A stretch of 63,919 bases of DNA, filler included, from Octopus bimaculoides (Eukaryota): assembly GCF_001194135.2 (NCBI RefSeq). It is 6 parts of 5 records of this genome, joined end to end, with 100 filler letters (N's around TTAATTAATTAA, not from the genome) between each part and the next. Parts side by side here need not be neighbours in the genome. Positions count along the whole stretch, not along the records: positions 11,603 to 31,841 come from NC_068993.1; positions 31,942 to 53,727 come from NC_068993.1; 4 more parts are not named here. One strand, 5' to 3'. Under the pieces are notes generated by a model. That model ran no database searches, was not told the origin of the DNA, and saw only the letters and a list, made by a program, of their open reading frames with translations. The position numbers and the translations under genes were made by a program. Of this stretch, positions 26,712-39,571 are shown piece by piece (the stretch's first letter is position 1; every line of letters begins with the position of its first letter).

Positions 26712-27539
26712 NNNNNNNNNNNNNNNNNNNNNNNNNNNNNNNNNNNNNNNNNNNNNNNNNNNNNNNNNNNNNNNNNNNNNNNNNNNNNNNNNNNNNNNNN
26801 NNNNNNNNNNNNNNNNNNNNNNNNNNNNNNNNNNNNNNNNNNNNNNNNNNNNNNNNNNNNNNNNNNNNNNNNNNNNNNNNNNNNNNNNNNNNNNNNNNNN
26901 NNNNNNNNNNNNNNNNNNNNNNNNNNNNNNNNNNNNNNNNNNNNNNNNNNNNNNNNNNNNNNNNNNNNNNNNNNNNNNNNNNNNNNNNNNNNNNNNNNNN
27001 NNNNNNNNNNNNNNNNNNNNNNNNNNNNNNNNNNNNNNNNNNNNNNNNNNNNNNNNNNNNNNNNNNNNNNNNNNNNNNNNNNNNNNNNNNNNNNNNNNNN
27101 NNNNNNNNNNNNNNNNNNNNNNNNNNNNTCTTATATTGGGGACAGAAATATGTGTAACGTGACTGTTTTTCGTAGAACGTTGACAAAGGAAGTGGAGTGG
27201 GCGGATGGAATATCTGTCACAATGGTGAAAGCTACTTCCATCAACCCCCATGTAAAAAATGAAAAGAGGAATTCAGTGCAATTCAAATGCATAAATAAAC
27301 GTTTCTAATTTCGGCACAAAACAAGCCATTTTGTAGGTTCAAATTCCTCTTTGGGATTTGAGTCCAGAATATAAGAGACCCGAAAAAATCCTGTAAGATA
27401 TTTTTTCCCCCAATGCTCTAATGGTTCTGCTAATTTACCGCCCTAAGAAAAAATAGTAAAAACGGTTTCCAATTTTTGGCACAGAGCTAGCAATTTCGGT
27501 GGAGGGGTTAAATGGCACATCTTTTATCAATCCCTTTCA

Positions 27540-27576
<37 letters not shown>

Positions 27577-27953
27577 TGTTGTTGCTGTTGTTGTTGTTGT
27601 TGTAATATATCAGACGCAAGATCCATTCTTCGTACATTTCGTGTATTAAATTCACAGAACGAATTCCGTTCTTAGTCTTGGATTGAATGATTTTATTTTT
27701 GAATATTTTTTTCTAACGTTGGTCGTATTTTTGTGTAAAGACGTTGAATTGGTACAGTGTTGATATGACTCGCGAGTTCTGTTAATATATTTCCATGTGG
27801 ATCCAATTGCCGATGAGGGTGGCCATTGGAAATCCGTTGATTGTACAAAGTAATGATCAATAAAATTTCACAAGTATTACTTCTACATTTATCCTTCTCT
27901 CTCTCCCTCTCTCTCTCTCTCTCTTTCTCTCTCTCCCTCTCTCTCTCTCTCTA

Positions 27954-27993
<40 letters not shown>

Positions 27994-28407
27994 NNNNNNN
28001 NNNACGCTTGTATCAGTTGTGTACCTTCTCTCTCTCGCTTTTCTTCTCTCCCTCTATATCTTTAATATGTGTATATTTCTGCATGCGTATGTGTGTGTGC
28101 GTGCGTGCGTGTGTGAGTGTGTGTGTATGCGTGTGTGCGTGCGTGCGTATGTCTGTGTATTTGTCTCCAGCGCCTAGATCTCTACTGTTGGTAAGACAAG
28201 CTGAATGCTCAGTCAGCCGTGCTAAATCATCAGCGTCCAAACAGCTGCGCCCAATCTTCTAACCCTGCTTTCCGGAGGATTCAGTTAGTGGCTCACAGCA
28301 TTCAATGTCTCCAATGTTTTTTTTTTTTAACGCTATCTTTTGTTTCTTTATCGTTAAAGAAAAACCGGTGTTCTTTTGTTAAATGCCGGCCCCATCCTCT
28401 TGATGTT

Positions 28408-28505
28408 ATCTCGTTAAATGTCCCTTGGAATCAACTCGTTAAATACACCCTGGAATCATCTCATAAAATGCCCCCCTGGTACTATCTCGTTAAATATTCC
28501 CAGTT
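28408..28505. repeat. Degenerate 25-26-bp minisatellite, about 4 units (ATCTCGTTAAATGYCCCTGGAATC-like)
   Basis: Units start at 28408, 28433, 28458 and 28484. Confidence 0.7.
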
Positions 28506-29067
28506 GTTTTGTCACTTAACGCGTTCAGGTGTTCTCTAGTTAAACACATTTTTCTAATAATTACTTTCTTTGTAATGTGCCCTGTCACCTTTGCAGCAAT
28601 AAAATAATTGATCATTATTTTATTACGACGTCATATACCTGTGGGGTAGGTAAGCTAAAATAAAATAGTTAATTACCAAGGTCGATACCTTCACTACAAA
28701 ATATGTGATAAAAATCCTTATTAGAACTAAATAATCCTGAATTAGCCTTAACATATACTAATTGGAAATTTTTCTTCCCTTACAGTTGGAGGTTATATTT
28801 TTACAGCAAAAATATATGTATTTTTTAAACATATTGTATATATGTAAATGATGTGTGTGTGTGTGTGTGTGTGTGTNNNNNNNNNNNNNNNNNNNNNNNN
28901 NNNNNNNNNNNNNNNNNNNNNNNNNNNNNNNNNNNNNNNNNNNNNNNNNNNNNNNNNNNNNNNNNNNNNNNNNNNNNNNNNNNNNNNNNNNNNNNNNNNN
29001 NNNNNNNNNNNNNNNNNNNNNNNNNNNNNNNNNNNNNNNNNNNNNNNNNNNNGTGCGTGTGTGTGTG

Positions 29068-29811
29068 TGTTGTATATTAAAACTGTATACCCCCGCCCGG
29101 TGAAAAGTGGTAGGATACATCCATTATAAATAAACCAGTAGTCGGTCGTCAAGAGAGGGTCGAGAATCGAAGAGTTGAGAGTCGACAGTTCTAGTCGGTG
29201 TCTTGTGGAGCTATCAGCAATAGTAAGACAAGAAGTTAGTTTAGTACTATTCCGGTACGAAGAGGTACAACGGTATCTGATGACTAGTAACTATTGTGGC
29301 TACTAGCGTAAAACAGCAACTACAGTACAAGGGCAGTCACTCATCACACCAGTGGGAGGAACCCATTTTACAACAAATTTACGCGAAGTGAAAAAAAAAC
29401 ATTCACACGGAGTGTTTAAACTAATTCACGTGGAAAATTAAATACCTCGACAAAAAAGAAACAAAAATTTTGTTGTGCAAACTTACTCACAACCCAGCAC
29501 AGCACAAGGACTTGGTCTTGCGGTGATATAAGATATAAAATTGTTGTGGTGAGAGTCACAATATTCCCTGCGAGAACAGACTTGACCGAAAGACTATAAC
29601 TAGTAGCGGTCTGAGTAAGAGACGGAGAGATTAGGCGTTAATCGCAGGAAATCGTAAGGTGTCGTTTTGGTAATTTGTCGGAATATCGTTTGTTGGTTCG
29701 TGTAGTTCGCAGAGAGTTTGTTGGATTGTTACGTTGCTGTTACCCTGCATCGTTATATGTTTTATTGTTATTACACGGTTATAGTGCAAAAAAAAATATA
29801 TCGTCATAACA
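29068..29811 (+). mobile_element. Possible LTR with a PBS remnant
   Basis: TGTT...AACA termini, TATAAATA followed by a purine-rich R-like segment, ATTGGCG immediately after the 3' CA; no internal ORF and no TSD confirmed. Confidence 0.3.
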
Positions 29812-29909
29812 ATTGGCGATACAACAAAGATATATTTAGGTATAAAGCCAGCAGTTTTAAGAGGAGGGAGCAGTTTAGTCGATGCCGTTGACATCTGCAT
29901 TTGATTACG

Positions 29910-30020
29910 GCTTTATTTAATCGATCCCAAAAGGATAAAAGACAAAGTTAACCTCGGCGGGGATTTTAAACTTTGAACGTAAAGAGTGGAAACAAATACG
30001 ACAAGGCTCTAATGATTCAA
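29910..30020 (-). mobile_element. SINE family 2 fragment
   Basis: AAAGTTAACCTCGGCGG...GAACGTAAAGA matches 22000-22040. Confidence 0.6.
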
Positions 30021-30984
30021 TTTGAAACAGCAACAACGCCCCTAACCTTTCTAAAATACACCCAACTAACTTAAAATAAAGCATAGAATATTTTGATTAT
30101 GTAGTCCTACAGACACTAAACCACACCCTATTATCTTAAGAAAAGTCTACTACGACACTTGATTCGTGTAGTTCTAGATAAACGGTGACTGAATAATAGA
30201 AAGACAATGTGGCGGGATTTATGATTACTGTAAAAGAAACCCGTTGATCCATAGATCTTGATAAAGACTTGTGCTTGATAAAGTCTTGTGCTTAAACACT
30301 TACAATGATTTATAATGCTTCAATATATTACATAGTGTTTTCTGTTTTTGCTTGGTCAAAAGACGAATATATCATTTCCTTGTTTCTCTCTCTCCCTCTC
30401 CCTCTTTCACTCCCACCTTCTCCCCTTTTATCTCCCTCTCTCTCTTGCCTTCTTTGTTTCCCACCTTCATTTTGTTTTGGATTTACTTTCAAAAATGTGT
30501 TTGCGACAGAAACAACTACATAAATAACATGAGATCTGTTATCCTTTAATGAAAGGGTGGAGCAAATTTTGGTATTATCGTGACACAGTTCTGTATGTCT
30601 CAGTCTCTCCTTCTCTGCCTCGTTGTCACACACACACACACACACACACTACACACACACACATATAAATATATATGCGTGTGTGAGTGTGTGTGTGTGT
30701 GTACATATATATATTCCTATATACATTTATGTGTATATGTACATATACATACGTATTTCATTCGTATGCATGTGTATTTGTGTATATATGTATACAAACA
30801 CACACACTCACACATACATACAATGATATGTGTGTGTGTGTGTGTGTGCATGTGTGTGTATGTATCTGTGCTCTGTGTGTGGGTGCGGTTTTTTTGTGTG
30901 TGTGCGTGTTCTTCTAGTAAATCTAATTGCTTTTGGACATACATTTTTAATATGCATCAGTAATGACTTTCTCATTAATAATGC

Positions 30985-31631
30985 CTTCCCCGTATATTGT
31001 ACAAATGTAAAAATGTTAAGTGCCGAAGACAGTTTGTAGGGAAAGGAGAAACACCGGCACCCCAAACCAAAGAAGGTCTTCACCTACGTAAGATGTTACC
31101 TGTTTGGTGAGATATGAAAGGTTTAGTTCGCTTTGAACTTTTAAACCCAAAACAAATGATAACAAAGGAGATCTACTGCCAGCAGCTTGAGTGGCTTAAG
31201 TCAGCGCTTGAAGAAAAACCACCATCTTTGGTTTCAAAACGAAAGGTGTTCTTCCATCAGGATAATGCTCGCCCACATACAGCGAGGATGACATTCCAAA
31301 GGCTGGTGCAGTTCGAATGGGAAACGATGCCCCACCCACCATATTCGCCGGACATTGTCCCATCTGATTATCATTTATTCCGCCATCTTCAAAATCATTT
31401 GGACTGAAAAAATACGAATTCTGTAGACGAGATCACAACAGCAGTGGAGGAGTATTTTTCGTCACGGACAAGTGAATTTTGGAAAAGGGGCCTTGCAAGT
31501 CTACCAGATAGATCGAAGCGCATTGTAGAAGATGAAGGAGAGTATATTTTAGATTTAAAAAGAACTCTGATTATCTTAATTTTGAAAACTAAAGGTATAA
31601 AGAACCGCATTATTTATGGAATGACGCAATA
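30985..31631 (+). mobile_element. mariner (DD34D) transposase C-terminal half with right TIR, pseudogenised
   Basis: KVFFHQDNARPHTA...HPPYSPDIVPSDYHLF...FWKRGLASLPDR; ends in the TIR-like CGCATTATTTATGGAATGACGCAATA. Confidence 0.92.
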
Positions 31632-31789
31632 TGTATATGATTTTTTTTTCCTTTGAATTTTATTTAAGTTCTCAAGAGAGTTCAAGCCGGTCACTAACAA
31701 AGCAGCAAGATATTTTGACTTGAGCTCCCGATGCATGTATGTATGTATGTATGATTGTTTATGTAGCATGTGTCGTGTATATATTTGTG

Positions 31790-31841
<52 letters not shown>

Positions 31842-31941
31842 NNNNNNNNNNNNNNNNNNNNNNNNNNNNNNNNNNNNNNNNNNNNTTAATTAATTAANNN
31901 NNNNNNNNNNNNNNNNNNNNNNNNNNNNNNNNNNNNNNNNN
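31842..31941. other. Artificial assembly joiner, 44N-TTAATTAATTAA-44N
   Basis: Same spacer as at 11503. Confidence 0.95.
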
Positions 31942-32085
31942 AATAACAAACAAGCAAAAAAAACAACAAAGTGAGGACGTGATATGGATAGTATTATTGG
32001 ACGCTCAGGAAAGGAAAGAGATGCATATGTGTGTGTGTGTGTGTGTGTAAGTACATGGGCATGTATCGATATCTATAAATAGTTT

Positions 32086-32134
<49 letters not shown>

Positions 32135-35100
32135 GGAGAGATGTGTGTGCATCGGAGAATTTTTCAGTTTGCCAAAGGTCTCCAACTGATGAAAAACCAG
32201 TTCTTTTGTCTTCGCTTTAATATAGGAAAGCGACACTATTTTGAAGGTGATGCCGAGTTTGTGAGCTGCAGCTGATGATAAATCTATAATCACGAGTATA
32301 TTTTATTTTATTGGTGGCACATAGTTGATAAATAAATTTATAAATTGGTAAACAAATTCAATGATAGGTGCGGGAAATTGAGTAGATGAAGTAATATAAG
32401 AAATTACCATATTAAAGATTCATAGGTACACACAGAGACACAAACACACGCTCGCGCGCTTACATACACACACACTCACGTACATATGATTGCATAAAAG
32501 TTAGTAAATTTAAGTGAGAATAAAAATGACGTTAGTAAATAAATCACAAAGAACACTACAAATCGATTAAAAAATATTTAAGTAAATGAATGAAAAAGAT
32601 GAGTGCTTGATTGACACTTATGTACACACGTGTGTGCAAATGAGACTAGTTTTCATTTATATCAGTATTTAAACTTCATTAATTATACGCTATATAATTG
32701 ATTGCAAATATACTTTTAAATGAAGCCAATTTTTTTGTGAAATTGAAATTACTATTAATTAGTCTTTTAATACGGCGTATATTTGTAAACATCTCACATG
32801 CTCACATACGAACGTATATNNNNNNNNNNTTTTCAATGGTTACAAATAACACGAAAAAATAAATAACTAGTTACCAAGGTAACAAATCATCTCTTCACAT
32901 AATAATAAGCTGTTAAATACAAACCCATTTAGTGAAAAGAGTAACATTGGTATTATTAACACTAACCATTCTTTGAATAATAATAGCCACAATATTAATA
33001 TTCTGATATAAATTGTAATCACATTCGTTTCCTTAGCAGTTATCCTAAGACTAGAAGCTCTGTTTATCAATGTAAAATTACTTCCGGTTCTGACGTCTTT
33101 TTTCATATAGGTAGTTCTTCATCTTAGTCGTCCAAAAGGAAATCTAATGATTACTCTACATTTATACATATCAATAAACGTAACTATACTGGGTTTAGTA
33201 AATTAATTTGGTCTCTAAAGGTACATAATAAACAATCTGATTTCGAATGAAATATTCTATCTAAATAATTTCCGTATGATAAGAGTAAATCTTTTTGCTC
33301 ACTCTATAACGATGAACTGTATTTCATCCTGTTCTCAGAAAATCCTCTTGTAAACACGTTTAAAGAATGCGCTTTTCGTTGCAAAAATTGGCAAAAACAT
33401 ACCTTTAGTTGCTATAAGTGATTTCTACTTTAACTGTCTTCTTACATTTCACTTCCACTAAATATATCTGTATCAACGCCTTTGATTTTTATTCCTTTTT
33501 ACATATCACACAATATTACTCCACTTTTAATTTTCTGCTAGTTTCTTTCTTCCTCCTCCNNNNNNNNNNNNNNNNNNNNNNNNNNNNNNNNNNNNNNNNN
33601 NNNNNNNNNNNNNNNNNNNNNNNNNNNNNNNNNNNNNNNNNNNNNNNNNNNNNNNNNNNGTGTGTGTGTAGGCATCAAAATATATTGCAGTAACACTCCC
33701 GCTCATTTTAAGCATATGAATATATCAAATACTTTTTACCCAATGCTTTAGTGTAACTAGTTCATTTAGCTAATAGATGTATGGTCTCAGGTGATTTTTA
33801 CACTTGATTGGTTAATGACTTGGATTCATTTATGTATGCAGTTGGTAATATGTACTATATATTAGTGAGATATTATTTCTCTATTGTATAGCAGCGCAGG
33901 CTCATGTAAAGTTTGTTGTTCAATTTATATCTTATTCTAATGGCATACATTAGTTTAATCATCCCCAAAGCTACGCACTTCATTCTACCTTTCTCAGTCA
34001 TACATACACGCCAAATATCTACAATCTGTGTTTTCCCGAAAGCAACAAATCTTACTACTTGGTCTCTACCCTTTCGCCCGCTTTCTTATATTGCACTTTC
34101 CTAGTAGTTCCCTGCGAAGCAGTCACTCTTGCTACACATTTGGAGATGCAAATTAATCTATATATTATCTTCTCTCATTATGACAGAATGTCGCAACCGA
34201 CTTGATTAAATGGCCTAGCACACTGAAGTAGCGTGACAGCTATTGAATTATTGTGCACAGGAGAAGAGTAAGACGTTGCCACATAGAAAGATAAAAAAAA
34301 GAAAAGATAATTTTTTGTATAAAGTATTAGCCACCAAAATAATCTATACATAAGGGGGTATATAATGTTGGTGGACATAATATTAATTTCCGCAACGAAA
34401 TCCAAGCCAAATCTTTGGCCACAATGCCACAATATCAACACAATAGGTCACAACTTTACCTACATCACCTTGTTCTTTTTCCCATCATCCACAAATTCTA
34501 ATGAATACGTTTTCCCATGTCCTCAGTACATCTATATCTACAAACCTCTGTTATTTGCTATTTTATTAATCATACCCGCTTCTGAATGTACTTGCGGTTT
34601 CAAGGATACGGATGTATTTTTGCATATGTATGAATTGTATGAATATTTCTATGTATACATGCAATACATTAAATGATATTGAACGAGTGAATGCTTATAA
34701 CTTGAAAGGTTTTTATAGAATTTCTAACGACAAATTCAACACCATTAAATGCCTTCATGATACTTATGCAATAAAACATTTTTCTAATTTGACATCCATT
34801 TCCTTTTTCCTCTTTCATATGTAATATGTTTTAATATCTTCAATACATTGATATAAGACATAAGGTTATAAAACAGGAAAATATGTTGGTGAAAGTATAG
34901 TCCAGATGTTAAATGTATTGCATTCTATTTCATTTTACATTTAATTAATTCACATATTATGGATCTCCATTGAATTTACGTTTACGTCATTGATAATAAA
35001 ACATTAAAATAAACACATAATATTTATTACTTCTGTGTAAATATATGTTGCAGCATAAATGGAAAGATGTGTACATAGAATATCGATGTGTAAATCAATC

Positions 35101-35631
35101 TTAAATGTTATATAGGTCTTAATATACATCTGCCTTTGAATCGGATGTGGTTGTTGGTATCTATTCTATTTCAATGAAGTTCAAATAGCTACAAAAATAC
35201 TTTCTATATAAAATGAAATAAAACACTTTTATAAACAAGCAAAGAAGCACGCACACATGTTTACACATATGTGCATACATATGCATAAATACACACACAC
35301 TCTCTCTCTCACACACACACACATATATGGTATTTCCTGTGTGTGAAGTTAGATATACGACTAATATTGGTGGCTTAGCGTTCCATATAGAGTAACAAAA
35401 TCCAATCAACTTCCTGTAAAGTGGAGTTTTTGCTATTGTACTTAGCAGCATTACCGGTCCTCTTCTACAGAACATCTGTAGAAAAAGGTATGATAAGCAC
35501 AAGACGCAATTTGTAATTTATTTCCGACCTACTGTTTTGATGGAATCTGAACACACCTGTGAAACGATAAATGAACTGTTCCGAAATGCAAAAATACGCA
35601 TGTGTACTGGAGATATCACAAGAGTGGCGTA

Positions 35632-37716
35632 GCTCTCCTCTCGTTGGTGTAAGTGTTAATTGTTCAGTTTAATAACTGTTGACCTGTTGTTTTTGTGTTT
35701 AAAAACACCTTGTTTTGCCGTCTTTCGGCAGTGTTGTTGACATCCCCCCCCTTGTTTGAAGAGGGAAGCGCTGTATTTTTTGTGCCTTCATAATGGAATA
35801 CAAAAATTTGAGTTCTTCAAACTTAACGTCGTCGAAAGCAGAGTTGCTAAGAGCAATAGACGCCTTTGAAAGGATAATGGAAAAAGAAAGACAAAAGATT
35901 TTCTGGCTATGACTAGAGGCAACAGTGACAAAATAAGCGTTGAGAGGAGGGACCTGGAGAAGTTCAAGGAAATGTTACAAAGGGAGGGGCAAGAGGTTAA
36001 GGTGACACCTCTCAACAAATTACAAAGACAACCAAAGAAAAAACAATAATTTACAGAACATATTATATAAAATTGATGAAGATAGAAATAGCAACAAAGG
36101 ATCAAGTAGAGTTAGCCCTAAAATCCACCTTGCAGGATATTACTTACCTTGTCAGAGGGAAGAGGTTTGCCACTGTGGAGATGCGGTTTCCGACCGAAGC
36201 AATAGCCAGGCAGCACTCAGTAGCTTCCCTGAAGATTGGTGTGGTGGTTCTTCTGTCCATTTACCTTGGAAGGCGTGCTTCCGGGATTAGGGTGGAAGAA
36301 ATCCCTCCAGAGTTGGATGTGGCCTGGCAGGTGGCAGCAATACCGCTAGGACTAGAACAAAAGATTGTGATCCTCCGAACAACAAGAACAGATCAAAGTA
36401 ATTGGCAAGGGCAAGGCCAAGAGATTGTCATCCGGACTACCCCGGTGGACCTGGAGACGATAGTCAACGAGGTGAGACTTAGGATCCCGGAGAAGGTACG
36501 GATGATTATGCAGCCGCGACACGAAGAAGGGAGAAACGGTTCTGCATCACGCCGGAGACAGGCAAGAAGTTCTGGTCATTTTTTCAGCGGGAGAGAGACA
36601 ACAGGAGGTTATCTCCCCCCACCCAGGAGGTGATGGAAGGAATTAAGAGAAGAACAATTGTTTATAGGACGCTATCTTTGAAGACCAGAAAAATAGAGAG
36701 AGTGTCAATAGAGGAAATTGAAAAAGCATTGAAGCTGGTGTATGCGAAGCGCGGAAGAAAGTATGGAACGGTGGAGTCGCAGTTTGTGGCTTAGAGCGAT
36801 GCCAAAACTAACTCGGCGACTACCCTGCAGACAAGTGAATTGGCTCTTTTGACGTCATATCTAAGCAAAAGATGGACGAAAATAAAGATAAATGGGTTTG
36901 ATCCTAAAATCAAACCAATATAAAAAAAAGAGGTGACACTCATAGAGTTGGAAGAAAAATGTACCCAGAACTAGTGTGGCAGGGGTGTAAGAGCAAAAAT
37001 CCAGGCTACACCAGCAGATATGGATAGCTCACCAGACTTCGTCATCCTTCCGGATGATACAAGAGTGAAGGTCACCGTTCAAGGCAGAGTACCAAAGTGC
37101 TTGGGGTATGAGCAAAAAGGGCACAAAGAAAAACGTGCCCCATGGCCTACAACTTGAAGCACAGGTAGAAAGCCAGATGAAAGCCAGTATACAGCAGGAA
37201 GAGGGGATGGGGAAGACAGAGAAAGACACACTGTTTACTTCAACGACTACAGAGCGGAGGGAGAAGCAGGAGGAAGAGATGGTGGAAGGAAAAAGGAAGT
37301 AGCACAATTGACAACTTCTACAGAGGTACGTAACGGTGAATGGCAGAAAAAAGAAAATTACTCATTCTCTCCCTCCCACAAACAAAAAATCCAAAACTTA
37401 AAAGACTTTTCAAACAAGAACACACATGAACATTAACAACAGAAATAAATGAAAAAGTCAAAAATAAAGAAAACACAACAAAAAGAAACTGAGATGATTC
37501 CACCAAGCAAAGTGAAAAAGAAAGTTTATGTTAGTTTTAAAAAGTGTTCAATGATGTTGCCTGGATCGTGGAGCACGAGTGACCATAATTTCATCCTTTT
37601 CATTTATTAAACATACATTTTCTCATTCGATTTTTTTTTCTTTTTTCTTCGGCCCCACTTGTAATGTCCTGTATCGTCCCATCTCTGTGTAGTCCCTTGT
37701 GGATAATAAAAAGTCA
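35632..37716 (+). mobile_element. Element A: L1/Tx1-related ORF1-only retroelement containing two degenerate ORF1 modules (~35793-36515 and ~36520-37300)
   Basis: KTIIYRTY...RGKRFATVEMRF...YLGRR...IRVEEIPPELD, then RTIVYRTL...RGRKYGTVE...VKVTVQGRVPKC..(Y)EQKGH; AATAAA at 37705; flanked by AAGAGTGKCG. Confidence 0.75.
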
Positions 37717-37726
37717 AAGAGTGTCG

Positions 37727-39571
37727 ATGCCCCATTTTTTAGCTGGACGGCGTTTTTATTGTAAGTTAAACTGTCTTATTAATTGTTAAATTGCTGCTAA
37801 ATTGCTGTTAATCTATTGTTTCATGTTTAACAAGGCTTTGTTTTGTTGCCTTGCGGCAGTGTTGAGAACGTTTTCCCCCTTGTTTAAAGGGGAAGCGCTG
37901 AATGATGGATTACGAGGGCTTGAGCTCTGATGAGGTGACATCCTCAGAAGAGGAACTGTTGAGGGGTATCAACAATATCGATAAACAAATGAAAGAAAGG
38001 AAGGATTTAGCGGTTGTGGCTGGAGGTTTGAATAGCATGGATGGCGAGAAAAAGAGTTTTGCAACAGTGACTATTGCGAAGAGGGATGAAGTGAAAAATG
38101 AAGCATTAAAACTCGAACAATACGGATGAATACTGCATAGGGAAGGCCACGAAGTCCGTGTAACGCCACCCTGTGAAGTGGCTCAAGAGACAGCGAGAAA
38201 GACAGTCAAATTCATAAGTTTCAGCAAAGAAGAGAGAAGAATTAATGTCGCAAATAAAGGGGAAATAGGGAAGTGTTTGGCTCCCATCTGGGCGGACATA
38301 ACATACGAGACAAGAGGAGCCAAATACGCAACGATGGAAGTGAGATTTGCCCCGGAGACGAAGGCCAGGCAACACGCCATGGTCATGTTATCTACAGCGA
38401 AAATAGTACTCCTTCCGACATACCGTAGGAAGGAGGTGAATGTAACGTGGATAATTGCAGCTATAAGTACTGAGCCAAGAGAAAAAGATAATAGTCCTCC
38501 AGGCCTCGAAAACTCCAGGGAGCAACTGAATAGGGCAGTGCCTGGAAATGCTTATCCAAGCCGCCCCTGATGCCCTGGACAACATTGTCGGTGAGTGAAA
38601 GGAGGTAAAGGGTGATGGTAGCGGGCAGGAGGCCGAGGTGTTTCCAGAGCGGAAAGCTTGGACACACGGGAGCGAATTGCTCCCTACCCCAGTCCTGTGG
38701 AAGTAACCAAGGAAGTGCCGATCGAGACTGCAACTCTTCCTATCATGGCGTCCAAAGTAGTGAGTGAGTGCAACGAGAAACAAGGAAATAAGTAAGAAGC
38801 AACTAGAGAGTGGATAAAGGTAGGTAAAAGAAAAAAAATAGAAAGAGAAGGAAGAGGAAACAAACAAGTGAAGATGACCCCCAGCTGCACTCGCCATCCC
38901 CCCATCCCACCCTAACCCACCTTCCACTACAGGCACCAACCTTCGTCCTGCCCTACCAAACACTGTCCCTGACCCTGCCCTAACAACAAAACAAGTAATC
39001 AAATATCAAAATCTTCCCAGCACCCTCACCGTGAAAAGAGCTACGTAGTAATATTCAACTATTCATCTAGTAAGCTGGTGAAGGAGTTGGAGAAAACGAA
39101 TAAAGGAGTGAAAGTATGCGACATTGAGGAGTATTTTGAAGGAGACATAAAAGGAGTAGTCATAGGCGAAGGTAGCCTGAACGTTTTGAAAAGGAAATAT
39201 GAACTGGTTGTAGAAAAGTCATCGATTGAAATCGACTGCGCTCAAGGACAAAAGGCTCGTGAGTGTGCACGATTACGATTTGTGAGAATTTAAAAAAAAA
39301 ATGTCTGGCATGTCATAATTCGAAAAATCTTCCTGAAACTTTTAAATGTGTGTAAATATTGTGACATGAGTATAATTGTTGGAAAATTTTGTAATTGTTT
39401 ATCAAAAGTTAAAACGAGGTCACTCAGAGTGTGAGGTTCGAGTGGCTTTCATTCCATCCATTCATTATTTCATAGCATCTTTCTCATTCGTTTACTTTTT
39501 CCCCACTTATGTGTTTACCTGTCCTAATGTTTTCACCTCTGTGTCAGGCCTTAATGGCGGAAATAAAATTA
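37727..39571 (+). mobile_element. Element B: L1/Tx1-related ORF1-only retroelement, degenerate
   Basis: MMDYEGLSSDEVTSSEEELL...RGAKYATMEVRF...LLPTYRRK...RRPRCFQSGKLGHTGANC knuckle at 38639-38680; AATAAA at 39562; 5' and 3' UTRs similar to element A. Confidence 0.75.

Noticed and set aside
28408-28505. Regularly spaced ~25-bp repeats as a CRISPR-like array
   Set aside because: Contiguous degenerate units with no unique spacers, in a eukaryotic context
35716-35773. HDV-like ribozyme in the 5' UTR of elements A and B
   Set aside because: P1/P3/P1.1 pseudoknot pairings could not be assigned consistently in both copies; kept only as a conserved stem structure
37920-37960. CTGATGA motif in element B
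   Set aside because: Lies in ORF1 coding sequence and lacks the GAAA/NUH half of a hammerhead
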